8,127 nucleotides of DNA from IMG/VR virus record IMGVR_UViG_3300029647_000026, one strand, 5' to 3'. The DNA is from a virus. Its lineage: Duplodnaviria > Heunggongvirae > Uroviricota > Caudoviricetes. The position numbers were made by a program, and so were the translations under genes. This document shows positions 1 to 7,286 of the stretch, one piece after another. The notes below the pieces were generated by a model, which made no database searches, was not told the origin of the DNA, and saw only the letters and a list, made by a program, of their open reading frames with translations. How positions within the stretch are numbered: position 1 is the first letter of the stretch; each line of letters starts with the position of its first letter.

Positions 1-691
1 AAAGTTTATTAATGGAAAGGAAACCGCCAAAATTGCCGACATTCCTGCGCAGTTCACACCCGCGCATGCACTTGCTGCATCTGTCCTTACGGATATCCGA
101 GGTGGGGTTGTCGAACTCATCCGCCACCGCAGGACCGTTATACCCGCATTCATCTCCCCGGTAATCCCACATACAGGTGTTCGCCAGCATGATACGACCG
201 GGAAACAGCGCCCCGTCCGTCTCGGTCGGTGTGGCCAGCACAAACGAGGCCGTCATGGCCGTCAGCTCTGACATCTGCTCCACCACCCAGCGGTCACTCA
301 GCTCCTGCTCCGGGTCCGCTTCCGGATTGCCCGCAACGAAATTCACCGCATCCAGAAAACGGGCATACACCCGGCGGCGGACCACCGTGGCCCCCACCAG
401 GCTCTGCAAATCCTCCGCCATTCCGGTGACAAGGCCGAAAAGATTGGACACCGTCAGCGACGGGCGGGCACTGCTGCCCTTTCCGTTCATCTCAAAGCCA
501 CTCCCCTCAATCGGGTACGCCTGATATTGCCGCCCCTGCCAGGTCACCGGCTCCCCTTTTTCATTCAGCTCATTACAGAAAAAATACCGCTCACCGCCCT
601 GTACCGTCAGGTCGATTTCCCAGAGTACCACCCGCGGTGACTGCTCTGATTTAACCGACTCGTTCAGGCTTTCTTCGTGAATATCCTGCAT
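1..691 (-). CDS. L: Minor tail protein L (tail tip complex); the 3' end is truncated by the window edge (about 2 codons plus stop missing)
   Basis: ATG at 689-691 (reverse complement) overlaps the M stop as ATGA. My own translation of the reverse complement gives MQDIHEESLNE...NTCMWDYRGDECGYNGPAVADEFDNPTSDIRKDRCSKCMRGCELRRNVGNFGGFLSINKL, near-colinear with lambda gpL as I recall it (…CSKCLSGCKFRNNVGNFGGFLSINKLSQ). It is absent from the ORF track because no stop codon falls inside the window. Confidence 0.88.
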   Translation of the reverse strand, partial: MQDIHEESLNESVKSEQSPRVVLWEIDLTVQGGERYFFCNELNEKGEPVTWQGRQYQAYPIEGSGFEMNGKGSSARPSLTVSNLFGLVTGMAEDLQSLVGATVVRRRVYARFLDAVNFVAGNPEADPEQELSDRWVVEQMSELTAMTASFVLATPTETDGALFPGRIMLANTCMWDYRGDECGYNGPAVADEFDNPTSDIRKDRCSKCMRGCELRRNVGNFGGFLSINKL

Positions 692-1032
692 CAGTTCACC
701 ACCTGCTCAATCGTACAACTGAAATCACTGTACCTGGCGTTATCTGTGACGCTCCACTCCCGGCACACCACCCTGACCGTCCGGTTATGTTTCGGGGGTT
801 TCCACAAAAAGGCACGGTAACCACCATGCCACGATAAAAATTCATCCAGCCAGCGCCGGGTCGCCTCATCCGTCACCCGGAACACTGCCTGAAATGTCTT
901 CAGTCGGGCATTCAGTCCCGTCGGTCGGCGCTGTTCATAACCGTCACCAAACCGGACCCTCACCACCGACGGTTTCTCACTCACCTGCATCCCTTCACGC
1001 GGGACCAGATGCAGCGTTTTTATCTCAGCCAC
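691..1032 (-). CDS. M: Minor tail protein M (tail tip assembly), with a GTG start
   Basis: The 113-aa product (…KPSVVRVRFGDGYEQR…FLWKPP…EQVVN) aligns with lambda gpM as I recall it (…VPSVRKVRFGDGYSQR…FLWTPP…EFEQVVN). The frame opens immediately after an in-frame TGA, so the GTG at 1030-1032 is the first possible start; GGAGGA lies 7 nt upstream. The start overlaps the end of the tape measure gene by 8 nt and the stop overlaps the L start (ATGA). Confidence 0.85.
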   Translation of the reverse strand: MAEIKTLHLVPREGMQVSEKPSVVRVRFGDGYEQRRPTGLNARLKTFQAVFRVTDEATRRWLDEFLSWHGGYRAFLWKPPKHNRTVRVVCREWSVTDNARYSDFSCTIEQVVN

Positions 1033-4000
1033 TCAGCATTCCTCCGTCTCGTCGCATGGACAGCATCACCGCCTGCACCCGCTGGTCAATCAACTGAACA
1101 AGGCTGCCTGCCGCCTCCGGCCCTATCTGACCGTTGGCCCCGTCATTCTGAATGGCGATGTGGTAGACCGGGGAATACACCAGACCCGCACTCCCGTTCA
1201 TACTGCCCACCGCGCGTACGCCCAGCGAGCCATCCGCCGCCCGGGTCAGGGGCATAATGGCTTCAGGTCCGGCTTCCCCCATCAGCCCGGCCCCTTTTGC
1301 AAAGGCAAAGTACGTGGGCGTATCCACAATACTGTTGCTGTACGCGCTCAGGTTTGCCGAGGTATACACGCCGCCTTTTGCATTGGCCACCGCACCGCCC
1401 AGCCAGTCACCAATGCTGCCAATAAATCCTCCCGCACCGGACATACCGTTTGCCGCCGTCTTAATTCCGTTGACAATGGCCGCATTCATAAGAACTTTTG
1501 ATATTTCCTGCAGTACGGATGAGACCCAGTTGCGCCATTCCACTTTGTTTCCGTTCAGCATCTCCGTGATGTTATTCACCAGTCCTGAAATCCCCTCCGT
1601 TGCCAGCTGTGCTGCCTGAGAGGCGTAATCGGATGCATTGTCCACCCAGTTACTGAGCCCCTCCTGCAAGCCTTTCTGCCAGTCCGCACGCTGCGCATCC
1701 GATTCGGTATAAAAGGCTGCCTGGTCCTTAAGGCGTTCGCTCAGATACTGCGCGTTCTGTGCCCGTGCCTGTCTGTAAAAATCCTCACTGATATCCCCGG
1801 TCTGATACTGAGACTGAAGGTCCGCATCCTTCTGGCGGAAGCTGTCGCGGATCTGCTGCAACTCCCGCATGCGTTCCCTGGCTCGTTCTCCCTGCCCGTA
1901 CCCCAGCAGTTCGGCTTCATTTGATGCACGCGCAGCCACATTATCATTCTTCAGGGTCTCTTCCCGGGATCGCAACTGTTCCCGGATTTTTTGCTGGTCA
2001 ATCAGGGCCGCGTTACGCAGCAGTTCCTGCTTCTGCATCTCCGTCAGGGTTTTCAGTTCGCCCTGCGCAGTCTGGTACTTCAGCTTCGCCAGCTCTGTAT
2101 TCTGACCCGCCAGTGCCAGTTGCTCTTTCTGCTGCTTCAGTAGCCGGGAAAAACTGTCTTCCGCTTTTTCCGTCTCTGATTTTCCACCCCGGGATTTAGG
2201 TTTGTTCGCCTCGTTATTACGCCAGGCTTCCAGAGCATTACTGATATAACGCTGTCTCGACTCCTGATACGAATCCCCCACAAAACCGAGGTCATCCGCC
2301 GCATACCCCAGCCGGGCACGCTCTTTTTCCTCCCCCTTCAGTCGGGACAGGGCCAGCTCACGCTCTGTTTTTGTCAGGGCACTCTGCTGTTTATCATCCA
2401 GGGTGGCCTGTGGCAGCCGTAACGGTACATTCACCAGTCCCTGACGCTGCTGAAGCAGTTCATTCCCCAGCCCCAGCAGACGGTTGAATTCCGTATGCTG
2501 AACATTCATCTGCAGCAATGCCTGGTATGCTCTGTTCTGCTCTGCTGCCTCCTCGCGTATCCTCGCCACACGGTTGTATTCCAGTGACGCCAGAGCTTCC
2601 TGTACAGACTTCGCCTTTTCCTGCATCTGTGTCAGTCGTGACTGTTCAACCGCCAGTTTGCCAGTTGCCTCCGCAAGGCCGTGGGTTATAATCTCCACAC
2701 CTGAACCACCCTGTGGATTTTCCTGCAGCCAGCGCTGATAGTCAGCAATCTGTGTTTTCAGTCCCCGGACTTTACTTTCCTGCTCAGCAATCAGACGATT
2801 CTGCTCTTCCAGTGCCTCGCGGGTTTTACCCTCATTATCAGCCAGTTCCGGAAGGGTCATTCCCGGTACCTTTGCCCGGATTTCATCAATCGTCGATGCA
2901 TACTGACGGGCGGACTCCCTGGCCTGTTCCTGATTCTGGTACACCGTGTACCAGGCACCGGCTCCCAGCATCAGTAAACCGGGTATCCCGCCGACAAGCG
3001 AAAGCAGGGATGCCGCGCCACTTTTCAGCATTCCCGTAACCGACGTGGCATTCTCCAGCGCCTTCCCCGAGGCCGCCACCGCCTGATTCGACTGTACCAG
3101 TGCGGCATTGGCCACAATCATGGCCCGGCGTTTTGCGACGGCATTCTGTGTGGCCAGCGCCTCCGCACTGCTATTTCTGGCCAGTGCAAGTTCAGCCTGT
3201 GCCAGTTGCCAGGCACGTTCTGCCGCCAGCGCGTCAGCTGCCGCCTTACGCTGCACCTGAACAGCCGCATCTGCCTGTGCGGCTGCAAGGGCAACCGTCC
3301 CGGACTTCGCCGCGATCAGCTCTGTGGTGGCCTTTCCCACGCCTGCGGCCATATTGCCAAAGTACCGGGCCACCCCGACGGCAACCAGCGCCCCCGCGGC
3401 TGTTGCCACATTATCAATATTACCGGCAACACCGTTCAGCACGCCGGAGAGCGTTTTCGTCGCTCCGCTGGCTTCATTCGCGCCACCCGCCCAGGCCATA
3501 AAGGCGTTTTCCACCTTTGTGATCCCGTCAGAGACCGTTTCCGGCATGGCGGCATATTCATCACGCAATACCCCCAACTGGCTGATTAACGCAGGAACGA
3601 CTTTATCCGCCGTCAGTTTGCCGTCGTCCGCCATCGCCTTAAGGTCTTTACGGGCCATGCCCATACCCGCAGCCAGTGCACGTACGATCCGGTCTCCGCT
3701 TTCATTGACCGAATTGAATTCCTCACCGCGTAACACACCCTGTGCCAGCGCCTGGCTGAACTGGGTGATCACCGAGCCCGCCTCTGCCGTACTGGCACCG
3801 GAGATTTTCAGCCCCGTGGAAATGGCCTCCGTCACCTTCAGCACATCATCAGCACTGTAACCATATTCACGCATTGAGGCTGCCGAGCGGGCAAACAGGG
3901 CCGCATTATCTGAAAATGCCGTGCCCGTCCGCTGGCTGATATCCATCAGCACTTTCTGTGATGACGAAAATTCATCGGATGACTGCGACGCCTGTTTCAG

Positions 4001-4291
4001 TCGGGCATTCACGGAACTCCATTCATCGGCCAGAGAAATCAGGTGTCCGGTGGCAAAGGCACCTGCAAATGCCCCCGCCGTTCCGGCAGCTGAAGCGCGG
4101 ATTTCCGTCAACTGGCTGTTCAGCTCAGCCAGGGCGCGTCGCTGCTCCCGGGCGACTGCGGCAGCCTGACGCCCGCCATTCTGCAGGGTCCGGTAATATT
4201 CACTGCCCATGCGGGAAGCCCGCTGGATCTCCGACTGGAATGACTGCGAATTTGCCGAAATTTTGATAATCAGTTCACGTAACGTCGCCAT
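1025..4291 (-). CDS. H: Tail tape measure protein (lambda gpH-like), 1088 aa
   Basis: Longest ORF in the window. Ala/Gln/Glu-rich low-complexity stretches consistent with coiled coil, and a hydrophobic segment (SLLSLVGGIPGLLMLGAGAWYTV, about 2942-3016). The C-terminus (…IQNDGANGQIGPEAAG…MRRDGGMLSG) resembles the lambda gpH C-terminus (…NNDGTNGQIGPAAL…MRDGGLFSGGGR). It sits after G/G-T and before M/L. A strong SD (GGAGAAAGGAGA) directly precedes the ATG at 4289-4291. Confidence 0.93.
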   Translation of the reverse strand: MATLRELIIKISANSQSFQSEIQRASRMGSEYYRTLQNGGRQAAAVAREQRRALAELNSQLTEIRASAAGTAGAFAGAFATGHLISLADEWSSVNARLKQASQSSDEFSSSQKVLMDISQRTGTAFSDNAALFARSAASMREYGYSADDVLKVTEAISTGLKISGASTAEAGSVITQFSQALAQGVLRGEEFNSVNESGDRIVRALAAGMGMARKDLKAMADDGKLTADKVVPALISQLGVLRDEYAAMPETVSDGITKVENAFMAWAGGANEASGATKTLSGVLNGVAGNIDNVATAAGALVAVGVARYFGNMAAGVGKATTELIAAKSGTVALAAAQADAAVQVQRKAAADALAAERAWQLAQAELALARNSSAEALATQNAVAKRRAMIVANAALVQSNQAVAASGKALENATSVTGMLKSGAASLLSLVGGIPGLLMLGAGAWYTVYQNQEQARESARQYASTIDEIRAKVPGMTLPELADNEGKTREALEEQNRLIAEQESKVRGLKTQIADYQRWLQENPQGGSGVEIITHGLAEATGKLAVEQSRLTQMQEKAKSVQEALASLEYNRVARIREEAAEQNRAYQALLQMNVQHTEFNRLLGLGNELLQQRQGLVNVPLRLPQATLDDKQQSALTKTERELALSRLKGEEKERARLGYAADDLGFVGDSYQESRQRYISNALEAWRNNEANKPKSRGGKSETEKAEDSFSRLLKQQKEQLALAGQNTELAKLKYQTAQGELKTLTEMQKQELLRNAALIDQQKIREQLRSREETLKNDNVAARASNEAELLGYGQGERARERMRELQQIRDSFRQKDADLQSQYQTGDISEDFYRQARAQNAQYLSERLKDQAAFYTESDAQRADWQKGLQEGLSNWVDNASDYASQAAQLATEGISGLVNNITEMLNGNKVEWRNWVSSVLQEISKVLMNAAIVNGIKTAANGMSGAGGFIGSIGDWLGGAVANAKGGVYTSANLSAYSNSIVDTPTYFAFAKGAGLMGEAGPEAIMPLTRAADGSLGVRAVGSMNGSAGLVYSPVYHIAIQNDGANGQIGPEAAGSLVQLIDQRVQAVMLSMRRDGGMLSG

Positions 4292-4309
4292 TCTCCTTTC
4301 TCCGGGCGT

Positions 4310-4330
4310 AAAAAAACCGCCTCAGCGGTT
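4310..4330 (-). terminator. Terminator-like hairpin with T-tract between the G-T stop and the tape measure start
   Basis: Minus-strand RNA reads AACCGC-TGAG-GCGGTT followed by TTTTT, i.e. a 6-bp stem (4 GC pairs), 4-nt loop and U-run, 28 nt before the tape measure ATG. The stem is short, so this may be a weak or partial terminator or a stability element. Confidence 0.35.
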
Positions 4331-4338
4331 CTCATCAT

Positions 4339-5018
4339 TCATGACTGTGCTGCAAAGCTCAGCGCGTCTTCCAGCGCCGCAAACGGATCCACCTCCGGCT
4401 TATCCTCATCCTCGCCCCAGCAGAGCATGGCGTCCTTCAGTGCAACATTCATCCCCTGTGCCCCAAAAACCGCTTTCACGATCTGTGCATTACGGATATC
4501 TCCGCGCTCATCACCCAGCGGGGATACCCTGTCGAACTCCATCCACATCATCGCCTCGCTCGCACTCAGGCTGTGCCGCAGTTCGGATAAGGTGCGCCCC
4601 AGACGGAGCGCAAGTCGCATCAGAAAGCGAATTTCCGGGCGGGCTACTTTTTTCTGGCCGACTCTGCATCAGCGATCAGTTCCAGTGCCTGACGCAGCAA
4701 CCGGGCATGTACCGGACCATAGACGGCCAGCACCTGCTCACGGTCGTCCGGAGTGAACACCCGCTGCAGATCCGTATCACACAGGACATCGCAGAACAGC
4801 GTCACATCCGCTTCCAGGTTACGGCGGGTTTTCGCCACCACCGACAGGGTATCGTCATCCTCTCCATCACCATTGAGCACTTCCTGCCACAGATACCAGG
4901 CCTCTGCCGAAGGCTCCCGCAGCACCACGCTGACATTACCCCATTCCGGCACCTTCACCGTTTTATGACGAAACCCTGACAGTCTGGCCAGCGCCAGCGT
5001 TTTCAGATCCTTTTTCAT
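4339..5018 (-). CDS. GT: Tail assembly chaperone G-T fusion, produced by a programmed -1 ribosomal frameshift at 4647-4653
   Basis: The downstream 4339-4620 ORF lies in the -1 frame relative to G. mRNA at the junction reads GCC AGA AAA AAG TAG. Slipping -1 on A_AAA_AAG gives …KK-VARPEIRFLMRLALRLGRT… continuing to the stop at 4339-4341. This matches the conserved G/G-T arrangement of lambda-like phages. Confidence 0.75.
4644..5018 (-). CDS. G: Tail assembly chaperone G (short, in-frame product)
   Basis: Sits between the major tail protein and tape measure genes. ATG at 5016-5018 is preceded by AAGGGGA about 10 nt upstream and lies 17 nt after the major tail stop. Acidic, about 124 aa, ending …ESARKK* with the slippery heptamer at the stop codon. 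The track's longer start at 5066 would overlap the major tail CDS and is less likely. Confidence 0.8.
   Translation of the reverse strand: MKKDLKTLALARLSGFRHKTVKVPEWGNVSVVLREPSAEAWYLWQEVLNGDGEDDDTLSVVAKTRRNLEADVTLFCDVLCDTDLQRVFTPDDREQVLAVYGPVHARLLRQALELIADAESARKK
4647..4653 (-). other. Programmed -1 frameshift slippery heptamer A_AAA_AAG (plus strand CTTTTTT) immediately 5' of the G stop codon
   Basis: Read directly from the sequence. It is a canonical X_XXY_YYZ motif, the same heptamer used by E. coli dnaX. The G-frame stop TAG follows at 4644-4646. Confidence 0.75.
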
Positions 5019-5035
5019 GATGACCCATCCCCTTA

Positions 5036-5749
5036 TCAGGCGGCTGCGCTCACTGTCACGGTGCATTCAACAGACGTCACACTCTGTGCTTTCTCTGCCG
5101 AATCGGTCACCACGCAGGTATATTTCCCCGCATCAGCGGACTGCGCACCTGGCTTACTGAAGGTGTCTGTCGTCTGCCCGTCAACCGGCTGACCATCCTT
5201 CTTCCAGGCGTATTTATACGGCGGCGTTCCCCCGTTGGCACTGACTGACATTGTCAGCAGCGCACCTGTATTCACGGTAAGTGTTTTATCCAGATTTTTC
5301 ACAAACGCCAGCGGTACCACAAAGGACACCGGTTTGCCTTTCAGACGCAGTGAAAACGTTGCTGCCACCACGCCGTTGGTACCGGATGACCAGGTGTGCT
5401 GACGCACTTCCGCCAGGAACTTAAAGCCCTTACCGGACGGAAACTGCACCTTAAACGCATACACCGTGTCATTGTCATAGGCATCACGCAGGGCGTTCTG
5501 GGCCTGATTCAGATAAAAATTACCCGACATGGAAATCTCGGACGACGCCCCCAGACCGTTGATGTTCTCCTGCTCTGTGGAGCAGAGCGTGGTCACATCA
5601 ATATCCTGTTTCTGACCGGCGGTGAACTGGACTTCCTTGATGGTGCAGTCCAGGCGCAGATATTCCGCCTTATCCATAGTTTCAGCAGTCGCCGGGGCAG
5701 ATGAAATCATCACCTGCGTCAGCTGTGAGCGTTCATACAAAGCAGACAT
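5036..5749 (-). CDS. Major tail (tube) protein with a C-terminal Ig-like (Big_2-type) domain
   Basis: Position directly upstream of G/G-T and downstream of the tail terminator. Strong SD (AGGAGG) 4 nt before the ATG at 5747-5749. The C-terminal ~85 aa (…YKYAWKKDGQPVDGQ…AGKYTCVVTDSAEKAQS…) has the G-x-Y-x-C pattern of Ig-like domains, as found on lambda gpV. The N-terminal domain is not confidently assigned to a specific family from memory. Confidence 0.8.
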   Translation of the reverse strand: MSALYERSQLTQVMISSAPATAETMDKAEYLRLDCTIKEVQFTAGQKQDIDVTTLCSTEQENINGLGASSEISMSGNFYLNQAQNALRDAYDNDTVYAFKVQFPSGKGFKFLAEVRQHTWSSGTNGVVAATFSLRLKGKPVSFVVPLAFVKNLDKTLTVNTGALLTMSVSANGGTPPYKYAWKKDGQPVDGQTTDTFSKPGAQSADAGKYTCVVTDSAEKAQSVTSVECTVTVSAAA

Positions 5750-5770
5750 TCTGCCTCCTGATAATAAAAA

Positions 5771-5787
5771 ACCCGCACGCGGCGGGG
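5771..5787 (-). terminator. Terminator-like GC hairpin with T-tract between the tail terminator gene and the major tail gene
   Basis: Minus-strand RNA reads CCCGC-CGCGU-GCGGG followed by UUUUUUAUU: a 5-bp all-GC stem (5772-5776 pairing with 5782-5786), 5-nt loop and 6 U. It lies about 20 nt upstream of the major tail SD/ATG. Confidence 0.4.
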
Positions 5788-5815
5788 TATGGGTTTTGTA
5801 GAAAAAAAGAAAAAG

Positions 5816-6160
5816 TCACACCGTGACCTGAAACTCCAGGGTTGCACGGTAACAGCGGTTTTCCGGAATATAGTCCTGCATTTCACTGACGGACCCCGGG
5901 GCCAGCAGCATTATGGCTTCACGGGCGTCCTGACGTATCTGACGCGCCTGCGTCACAGTCCCGGCATAAACGTCTATCTGCACCGACACTGAGGACTCCG
6001 CCTGCCCGCCCATCACGTCCGCAGACACCGATGAAATCAGGCTGAAAACCACCCACGGAAGCGCCACCGACGGCCTGCCATCCAGCAGGGGGACCACATA
6101 CGGGTACACCTGCCCGCCGGCAAGATGCGCCAGATGAGGATACAAATCCGCCTCCGTCAT
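5816..6160 (-). CDS. Tail terminator / tail completion protein (DUF3168-like; functional analogue of lambda gpU)
   Basis: 114 aa, immediately upstream of the major tail gene. The N-terminal pattern (…YPHLAHLAGGQVYPYVVPLLDGRPSVALPWVVFSLISS…) matches what I recall of DUF3168 proteins. ATG at 6158-6160 overlaps the upstream stop (ATGA). The family assignment is from memory, not a search. Confidence 0.6.
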   Translation of the reverse strand: MTEADLYPHLAHLAGGQVYPYVVPLLDGRPSVALPWVVFSLISSVSADVMGGQAESSVSVQIDVYAGTVTQARQIRQDAREAIMLLAPGSVSEMQDYIPENRCYRATLEFQVTV

Positions 6161-6603
6161 CGTCTCAGTACCTCATCAATGGCCCGGTTCATCCGCGCAA
6201 TCGCCACCTGAGCTGCCTGTTCACTGCGCACATCAAACGCCGGGCGCACAAACGGGTGCGGTGGCATATTCACGGTCCCCATTTCCACAAACCGCCAGTA
6301 GAAAGCATTGCGCGGGTTATCCGCCTTCATGGTGTTATCGCTGTTACCGGTGTCCGGATTAACACCACGGATATGGACACCGGATTCCATCCCGCCATCG
6401 CGGGAGCGCCGGGAAAGGACCACCACATTGCGGCGCAGTTTTCCCCTGCGTACCGGTGCCCGTGACACCACTTCTTCTTTCAGCACATTCGCACCCGCAC
6501 GGGTTGCCTCACGCAGCACCCGGTTATTTTCCGCACCACTCAGAAGCTGCAAATCGCGGCTGATGTCCTCCAGCCCCGAAAAATCCAGCAGGGTTTCGAT
6601 CAT
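6157..6603 (-). CDS. HK97 gp10-family tail component (tail completion, gpZ-like role)
   Basis: The motif …NAFYWRFVEMGTVNMPPHPFVRPAFD… resembles the HK97 gp10 family as I recall it. The preferred start is the ATG at 6601-6603 (MIETLL…), which overlaps the upstream stop as ATGA and has GGGAGGGG 4 nt upstream. The track's start at 6624 is a TTG with no SD. Confidence 0.62.
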   Translation of the reverse strand: MIETLLDFSGLEDISRDLQLLSGAENNRVLREATRAGANVLKEEVVSRAPVRRGKLRRNVVVLSRRSRDGGMESGVHIRGVNPDTGNSDNTMKADNPRNAFYWRFVEMGTVNMPPHPFVRPAFDVRSEQAAQVAIARMNRAIDEVLRR

Positions 6604-6950
6604 TTTTCCCCTCCCAGCCGACAAAGAATTTCCAGGCGCCCGCCGGTCGCATCCGGCACGGGCACCCCGACAACATTCAGGATACAGTCACGCCAGGGAC
6701 CACTCAGCACATGAAGTCGTGACGCCGCCGTGATTTCACGACCAGACTGACCGCGCACCCAGATGCGGATTTCCGCCTGCGCCATTTCCGCACCGGACTG
6801 CATCCGCTCCCGGCTGCTCCTGCCCCGGATATCCGCATGAATTTTCCCGCATGACACCCATTCTTCCGTCATTTCTCCGGCAGCGTTACGGGTTAACACC
6901 GGGTTCAGAACACTTATCATCTGTGTCAGACGACCTGCAGATATTGCCAT
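6600..6950 (-). CDS. Head-tail adaptor / head closure protein (SPP1 gp16 / HK97 gp7-like)
   Basis: 116 aa; the pattern …IHADIRGRSSRERMQSGAEMAQAEIRIWVR… resembles the phage head-tail joining family. The ATG at 6948-6950 is preceded by GGAGGGGG, with 9 nt between it and the upstream stop. Position after the gp6-like connector fits. Confidence 0.6.
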   Translation of the reverse strand: MAISAGRLTQMISVLNPVLTRNAAGEMTEEWVSCGKIHADIRGRSSRERMQSGAEMAQAEIRIWVRGQSGREITAASRLHVLSGPWRDCILNVVGVPVPDATGGRLEILCRLGGEK

Positions 6951-6959
6951 TCCCCCTCC

Positions 6960-7286
6960 TCATAACACCGTCGGACAACGCAAATCGTAAATCAGCACGG
7001 AAACAGAAAACGGCAGCTCCCCCTGAAGCAGTTCTTCCCGCTCCGCAAGATCCGGATTCCGGTACAGCATCCCGGTCAGTCGCATGGCAGCCCCCTTCAT
7101 CCGGGTTAATGCCTCGCCCGGGATCAGTTCACCGTCCTCACGAATCACTTTATCCCGGCTGCCCTGAATGTAGGCCAGCAGCACGGCGGTAGCCTGACGA
7201 ACCTTGTCCATCAGCATGTCATCATCCGCGTCATGGTCGACACGCAGATGTGCCTTGATCTCTTCCAGTGTCAGTAATGCCGTCAT
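6960..7286 (-). CDS. gp6-like head-tail connector protein
   Basis: 108 aa; N-terminus MTALLTLEEIKAHLRVDHDADDDML… matches the typical start of gp6-like connector proteins (…leeaKahLRvd.ddeD…). The ATG at 7284-7286 overlaps the upstream stop (ATGA) and has AGGAGG 6 nt upstream. Confidence 0.65.
   Translation of the reverse strand: MTALLTLEEIKAHLRVDHDADDDMLMDKVRQATAVLLAYIQGSRDKVIREDGELIPGEALTRMKGAAMRLTGMLYRNPDLAEREELLQGELPFSVSVLIYDLRCPTVL

Noticed and set aside
4339-4620. 93-aa ORF (MRLALRLG…) as an independent gene
   Set aside because: It lies in the -1 frame directly downstream of the A_AAA_AAG slippery site at the end of G, and its frame is open back through that site. It is the T extension of the G-T frameshift product, not a separately initiated CDS.
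4209-4979. 256-aa plus-strand ORF spanning the G/G-T region
   Set aside because: Antisense to well-supported G and G-T genes; the Pro/Arg/Ser/His-rich composition is typical of a GC-rich antisense frame; no SD and no recognisable domain. The same reasoning applies to the other plus-strand ORFs in the track (for example 177-524, 1257-1619, 3100-3501, 3324-3860, 6308-6733, 6851-7192, 7204-7440).
4644-5066. Longer G start at 5066 (MHRDSERS…)
   Set aside because: It would overlap the last 30 nt of the major tail CDS and has no obvious SD. The ATG at 5016-5018 has an AAGGGGA SD and lies just after the major tail stop.
6157-6624. TTG start at 6624 for the gp10-family gene
   Set aside because: It is a non-ATG codon with a weak upstream context. 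The in-frame ATG at 6601-6603 overlaps the upstream stop (ATGA) and has a GGGAGGGG SD.
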